This document shows positions 59,231 through 64,000 of a DNA stretch of 64,000 bases, in pieces; position 1 is the stretch's first letter, and every line of letters begins with the position of its first letter. Location of the stretch: NCBI GenBank assembly GCA_009914755.4, contig CP086569.2:23040001-23104000 (forward strand), in the 5' to 3' direction. Source of the DNA: the human T2T-CHM13v2.0 reference genome, Homo sapiens. Under the pieces are notes generated by a model. The model made no database searches and was not told the origin of the DNA. It saw only the letters and a program-made list of their open reading frames with translations. A program made the translations under genes and the position numbers.

Positions 59231-60115
59231 ATTTTGATAAAATCCCAACCATTCTAGATTATCTCTATTTGTAAGAACTTATTACTAAATCATTACTTAC
59301 AATAACCATTGTCAAAACTTTCAAGAAAAAACTAACATGAGTACCTCCCAAGATAAAACACCTACTTTCCACTATTTAAACTAGGAACATTTAATTTCAT
59401 TATGTTATTCACTTGAGAAACTTAGCTGGTTCAGTTTTGATTTAGGTAAAAAAAAAAGGTTTCATTACCATTATACCCCTTCAGTCACAGAATGCTTCAG
59501 GTAGAATGTTCCAGATGTTTTAAACTTTAGTATCAACCACATCTAATTATTTCCGTTCACCTGTACTATTCCTCTAAAAAATAAATGTTTTATGATGAGG
59601 CAGACAGTTTTGTAGTCCTTCTGAAGGAGTCTCAAACATTTCAAGCTTGTAAGTTTTTAAAGAGAAAAGGCCTAATTAGAAAACTTGTGCAGCTTGCAGG
59701 GAGATGTAACATATGCCTAATTTTGTATATATTTATGTTCAGAGAAACAAAGGAAAATGTTCAACAAAAACACAATTTACTCTTCTATTGTATTTGCTTT
59801 TAAGCATGTGCAGCTAACCAATAACATCAGCTATTTTGCATTACATGTAAAATTTTTTCTGAAATTTTTAATGTAGATATTACATCTAAACAGATAGTTT
59901 TCAAATAGCATTAACAAGTATGAAATTACTCCGAAAAAAATTGTTTTCCTTGGAATACCTCAACAGATTGATGGAGGAAGTTAGTATCTACATCTCTCCC
60001 CAATACTAACATGTTTCTTTCAGTAATATGCAGGTAACAATGTAGAAATAACACGTCAATTTTCAATTTGCAAACAAGCTTTGGTATGCAATAGCTACTA
60101 TTTGGAATACTTGCT

Positions 60116-60417
60116 TTAATATCTGCTTCAGTCTCCTTTTTCAGATCTACTTTCCCGACCATCTATTGTAGATGCCACATAACTTGAGCTACCATATGCT
60201 TCACGACGAGCAGGGTGCACCCTATCCAGAGAAAGTGGATTCCTTTGGTCTTTTCTGCCAACGTGCTCATGACCACAAAAATAAAAATCACCGCAGCTTC
60301 TTGAGTAACTCTCCTGACTTCTGCCATATCTATCTAGTGTATTGTTATAATCAGGGCGGCTGCTTCCACCATAAGACATCCGAGGCCCTCGTGCAGGTGG
60401 TGCACCATGAGAGGTCC
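60116..60417 (-). pseudogene. RBMY: RBMY-family terminal coding exon (C-terminal ~100 codons, to the natural TAA); carries a premature TGA four codons before the stop
   Basis: The minus-strand translation …[102 protein letters not shown] aligns along its length with the human RBMY1 C-terminus (…[98 protein letters not shown]). It matches the RBMX C-terminus poorly. An AG acceptor (minus-strand …cctgcag|G) sits at 60418-60420. The TGA at 60128-60130 sits where RBMY1 has Ser (TCA). Confidence 0.8.
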
Positions 60418-60830
60418 CTGCAGGCTGATAAAATAATATGTTGGACTACAATTAAACATTTTTTACTGCCATCACTAAAGGATGAATTAGTTAAATTACT
60501 ATTTGGAAATATCTGCTTTCCTCTGCCCTTGTTGACAGGATAGATATTAATTAAGCCTGCATTGGTCAGAAGGTTTTATTTAAAAGTAGTGTGAGAGTAG
60601 TATTTTGAAGCTTAACAAATTTAATCCTAAAGTAAACATTGAGTCATATTTTCTGCACGTGAACTGAAGTTCTCTCCTTCATATCGTTCCCTATGCTTTA
60701 TACTGTTAAGAATACTCAATATTTAAACATGCTATATTGTCCTTTATAATTTTCCTTAGAATTTCATTAAAATAATGATCTGGTCTATTACATAAAATTC
60801 TGTAATTTAAAAATCCATCCTAGACTCTTA

Positions 60831-60910
60831 CCATATCCCTGAAATGCATCTCTGTAAGAACTTCCACTTGTATGTTCAGAATGATCTCTACCACTGGTCT
60901 CACCATAGCC
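60831..60910 (-). pseudogene. RBMY: RBMY-family penultimate coding exon (…[27 protein letters not shown])
   Basis: The minus-strand translation [30 protein letters not shown] matches RBMY1 …[28 protein letters not shown]. It is followed by a strong GTAAGAG donor (plus 60824-60830). Splicing to the terminal exon restores …QGYG|TSHG…, as in RBMY1 (…QRYGTSHG…). I cannot find an upstream AG acceptor, so the 5' boundary may be mutated or cryptic. Confidence 0.7.
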
Positions 60911-60990
60911 AACAGGATCAGTAAATTGAAAAAAGTTTTTAAATGTCAGAATAAACAATTTAAGAAACCCGTTTGATGAATCCAGATAAC

Positions 60991-61101
60991 ATTATAGTAC
61001 CTATATCCTACAGAGGAATGTTCATCCCGACTAGAACGACCATAATCACAGTATGCATAGTCTCTAGGTGGTGGAGCATAATCCCTGGTTTCTCAGGAGC
61101 G
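60991..61101 (-). pseudogene. RBMY: RBMY-family SRGY-box exon, copy A (111 bp = 37 codons), with in-frame TGA
   Basis: The minus strand reads cacacag|AAATCATCCACGCTCCTGAGAAACCAGGGATTATGCTCCACCACCTAGAGACTATGCATACTGTGATTATGGTCGTTCTAGTCGGGATGAACATTCCTCTGTAGGATATAG|gtacta. This translates as (R)[36 protein letters not shown]. The RBMY1 SRGY box is [36 protein letters not shown](S/R). The TGA (plus 61083-61085) replaces the Arg (CGA-type) codon, and 111 bp is the SRGY-box exon length in RBMY1. The continuation 'GYRYYN' corresponds to RBMY1 'GYSYHD'. Confidence 0.8.
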
Positions 61102-61476
61102 TGGATGATTTCTGTGTGTGTAAGTTTAAGCAACAAATTTTAAATTTTCAACTTCTAATATCCAAAATATAACTAAATTACAACTTAAACATAATTAAAT
61201 TGCCTAACATCTAAACAGATATTTCTCCAAATAAAATAGGGAAACGCCCAAAAAGCGCATGGAACAGATACTCATAATCAGTGGTTCAGAAAATGCATTT
61301 CAAATCCAAAATGAGATTCCAGACTTCATAAACACACTGGAATGGCAATAAATTTTAAAAAGCAGGAAAGAGCAAGTGTTTGAGAGTATGTAGATAAACT
61401 GGAACCCTGATACAACATTAGTTAGAATGAATAATTTAAGAAATCTTTTTGACAAATCCAGAAAAAGTTGTAGTAC

Positions 61477-61578
61477 CTATATCCTCTAGAAGAATGTTCA
61501 TCCCAGCTAGAATGACCATAATCATGGTATGCATAGTCTCTAGGTGGTGTCCTAGTTTCTCAGGAGCTTGGATGATTT
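61477..61578 (-). pseudogene. RBMY: RBMY-family SRGY-box exon, copy B (102 bp; 9-bp in-frame deletion), same in-frame TGA
   Basis: The minus strand reads gaacacag|AAATCATCCAAGCTCCTGAGAAACTAGGACACCACCTAGAGACTATGCATACCATGATTATGGTCATTCTAGCTGGGATGAACATTCTTCTAGAGGATATAG|gtacta. This translates as (R)[33 protein letters not shown]. The TGA is at plus 61560-61562. The exon and ~300 bp of flanking intron are a tandem duplicate of copy A (61425-61590 matches 60940-61130; 62170-62470 matches 61130-61430). Confidence 0.8.
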
Positions 61579-61596
61579 CTGTGTTCATAAGTTTAA

Positions 61597-62200
61597 GGAA
61601 GTCAGTGCGGCGATTCCTCAGGGATCTAGAACTAGAAATACCATTTGACCCAGCCATCCTATTACTGGGTATATACCCAAAGGTTTGTAAATCACGCTGC
61701 TATAAAGACACATGCACACGTATGTTTATTGAGGGCCTATTCACAATAGCAAAGACTTGGAACTAACCCAAATGTCCAACAATGATAGACTAGATCAAGA
61801 AAATGTGGCACATATACACCATGAAATACTATGCAGCCATGCAAAATGACGAGTTCATGTCCTTTATAGGGACATGGATGAAGCTAGAAACCATCATTCT
61901 CAGCAAACTATGGCAAGGACAAAAAACCAAACACTGCATGTTCTCACTCATAGGTGGTAACTGAACAATGAGAACACATGGACACAGGAAGGGGAACATC
62001 ACACACTGGGGCCTGTTGTGGGGTGGGGGAAGGGGGGAAGGATAGCATCAGGAGATACACCTAATGTTAAATGAAGACCTAATGGGTGCAGCACACCAAC
62101 ATGGCACATGTATACATATGTAACAAGCCTACACGTTGTGCACATGGACCCTAAAACTTCAAAGTATAATAAAAAATTAAATTAAATTAAAAAAATTTAA
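61597..62200 (+). mobile_element. L1PA 3'-end fragment (sense) inserted into the intron of RBMY duplicated unit B
   Basis: 'aagtcagtgcggcgattcctcagggatctagaactagaaataccatttgacccagccatcctattactgggtatatacccaaagg…cacaatagcaaagacttggaactaacccaaatgtccaacaatgatagactagatcaagaaaatgtggcacatatacacc…gggggaagggggg aaggatagcatcaggagatacacctaatg…aaagtataataaaaaattaaattaaattaaaaaaa' is an L1 ORF2 C-terminus plus 3'UTR. Unit A has no insertion at the corresponding site (…gtttaagcaacaaattttaaattttcaac). Confidence 0.9.
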
Positions 62201-63043
62201 ATTTTCAATTCTAGTATCCAAAGCATAACTAAGTTACAACTTAAACAAAATTAAAAGGCCAAACATCTAAATAGATATTTCTCCAAATAAAATAGGCAAA
62301 TGCCCAAAAAGCACATGGAACAGATACTCACAATCAGTGATTCAGAAAATGCATTTCAAATCCAAAATGAGATACCATACTTCACACACACACTGGAATG
62401 GCAATAAATTTTAAAAAGCAGGAAATAACAAGTGTTTGAGAGGATGCAGATAAATTGGAATGCTGATACAATGCTAGTTGGAATGCAAAAGGATGGAGCT
62501 ACCATGGAGAAGTGTGGTGGTTCCTCAAGAAAATACATAATTATCATAGTACCAAAAAATTCCACTCATATACACACAGAATTGAATAAGTGTATTCAAA
62601 CAAACATCATTGCATAGAAATACTGGGGTGGAAACAACCCAAATAAAATAATGGGTTAATAGCTTGTAGAAGGAGTGAAGTGCTATGATGTAAATCAGCC
62701 TTCAGGTCATCATGCAAAAGCAAAGGAGACTGATACAAAAAGTCATGTAGTGTTTGAGCCCATTAACATTAAATGCCCACAACAGTAAGTTCAGACGCAG
62801 AACACTGATTAGTGTTTGCTAGCAGCTGAGGAAAGGGAGAAAATGGAAGGGACTGCTTAACTGGTAATTGGAGTTTTAGTTTGGAGTGAGGAAAATGTTT
62901 TGGAACTCGATGGAGGTAGTTGTTGCATGACACAGCATGTATTAAATGCCACTTAACTGTTTACCTTATAATATTTCATTTTGTTATGTAAATTTCATCA
63001 CCACAACAAAAAAAAATCAACTTTTTAAAAATTTTTCCTTTAC

Positions 63044-63158
63044 CTCTCCTTAGTTGCATAACCATCGTCTCTTAGAGACATGTGGTCATTTCTCCAGGAA
63101 GAGATTGGCCGTCTACGTGTAGGACCTCCATAATTCTCTCTTCCACATGATATGGGAC
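63044..63158 (-). pseudogene. RBMY: RBMY-family internal coding exon (…[38 protein letters not shown]…)
   Basis: The minus-strand translation [37 protein letters not shown] matches RBMY1 …[37 protein letters not shown]. An AG acceptor lies at plus 63159-63160 (minus …attaaag|G) and a GTAAAGG donor at plus 63037-63043. Exon length is 115 nt. Confidence 0.75.
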
Positions 63159-64000
63159 CTTTAATATTAAAATGATGGAACTTTATGTAAAGAACATCAA
63201 ATCTGAAACACTGTTTTCTCTTATCTCAAACAACTTTTAAAATTGTTTCTTCTATGACTCCGTTCTTTGTTCCATAAATTACTAGCCAGTCATGACACTG
63301 TGAATATTTCTTATGGTTTTGGATAATCCCATGGCTCCCACAAGGCCAGTTCTTCTAATGAAGCTGAAGCCAAATGCTCATTCTTAGGTAAAAGTTCATT
63401 TGTAATGGTTAATCACTGCTTAGTTATATTTTCCTTTTCATATGAATTACTGATGATTACCAATGACACAGGGAAAACATGTAAAACCATCAAACTCTTC
63501 ACTGAATATAAAGTTTACATATGTTGTCCTTTCTCAGCTGAAGAAGGTAAATTTTCCCATGTAGTTCAATCCACCTCACACAAACAAATACTGCTACCTT
63601 TGAATGACTGCATGCCAAATTTTTACATAACAGTTCTCCTTTAACTCTAAGTAGTTGGCTCTATCTTAAATGTTGACAAATTAAAATGTGCTAGTGAAAA
63701 CTTTCTAATGATGGCCAAGAATTACTTTTAGTGCAATAAGCAACACTATTAAAGGGGTCATTACAACACTGTTGCTATTTCAAAATAGAAAAGTTTCTCC
63801 TTTAATATACTCTTCACAGTGCTTTTCCTTAGAGGTCAGTCTTTCACCTGTGATATGTTCACTGGCTTATTTTTCAATGGAAATGTGTTGGCTTCTGTAT
63901 CCTGAAGTCACTAAATACCTGACTTCACCTATACTCTATCCTGAAGTCAATAAATACCTGACTTCACTGATACTCTACATATGAAATGTAAAATTGAAAA

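Noticed and set aside
60128-60379. Considered that the RBMY-like terminal ORF might be an RBMX-derived processed retrocopy (RBMXL-type)
   Set aside because: Upstream exons are separated by introns with GT/AG boundaries, the SRGY-box exon is duplicated, and the C-terminal peptide matches RBMY, not RBMX. This is an RBMY-family spliced gene or pseudogene, not a retrocopy.
61436-61766. ORFs 61436-61657 (-) and 61449-61766 (+) spanning RBMY exon copy B and the L1 fragment
   Set aside because: They are out of frame relative to the RBMY reading frame, and the + ORF simply reads into the L1 ORF2 remnant (…[23 protein letters not shown]…). Both are artefacts.

Overview
This window is primate (human-like) nuclear genomic DNA, not a microbial locus, so there are no operons, CRISPR arrays or defence systems to report. 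About half of it is interspersed repeat. I count roughly 20 Alu copies on both strands. L1 is present as a near full-length L1PA-type element at ~36.3-42.4 kb, two older L1 fragments and two short 3'-end fragments. There is a solo HERV9-type LTR12 at ~14.2-16.0 kb and a MaLR (THE1/MST-like) LTR at ~56.4-56.8 kb. An ERVK-like gag remnant at ~8.0-9.4 kb (minus strand) abuts a ~2 kb array of a purine-rich ~60-bp tandem repeat. A MER-type DNA-transposon relic and many microsatellites are also present. The only cellular gene signal is at the 3' end of the window on the minus strand. Spliced exons there encode a C-terminal region that matches the Y-linked germ-cell RNA-binding protein RBMY much better than X-linked RBMX. 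The SRGY-box exon plus flanking intron is tandemly duplicated, and the same in-frame TGA sits in both exon copies. An RBMY-family gene, most likely a pseudogene, therefore extends leftward from beyond the window end, and the window is probably Y-chromosomal. No other convincing protein-coding gene is visible. All other six-frame ORFs fall inside repeats, GC-rich LTR sequence or AT-rich unique DNA with no recognisable homology. Repeat subfamily names, percent identities and consensus comparisons are from memory, not computed. RepeatMasker and BLAST against Y-chromosome assemblies would be decisive.
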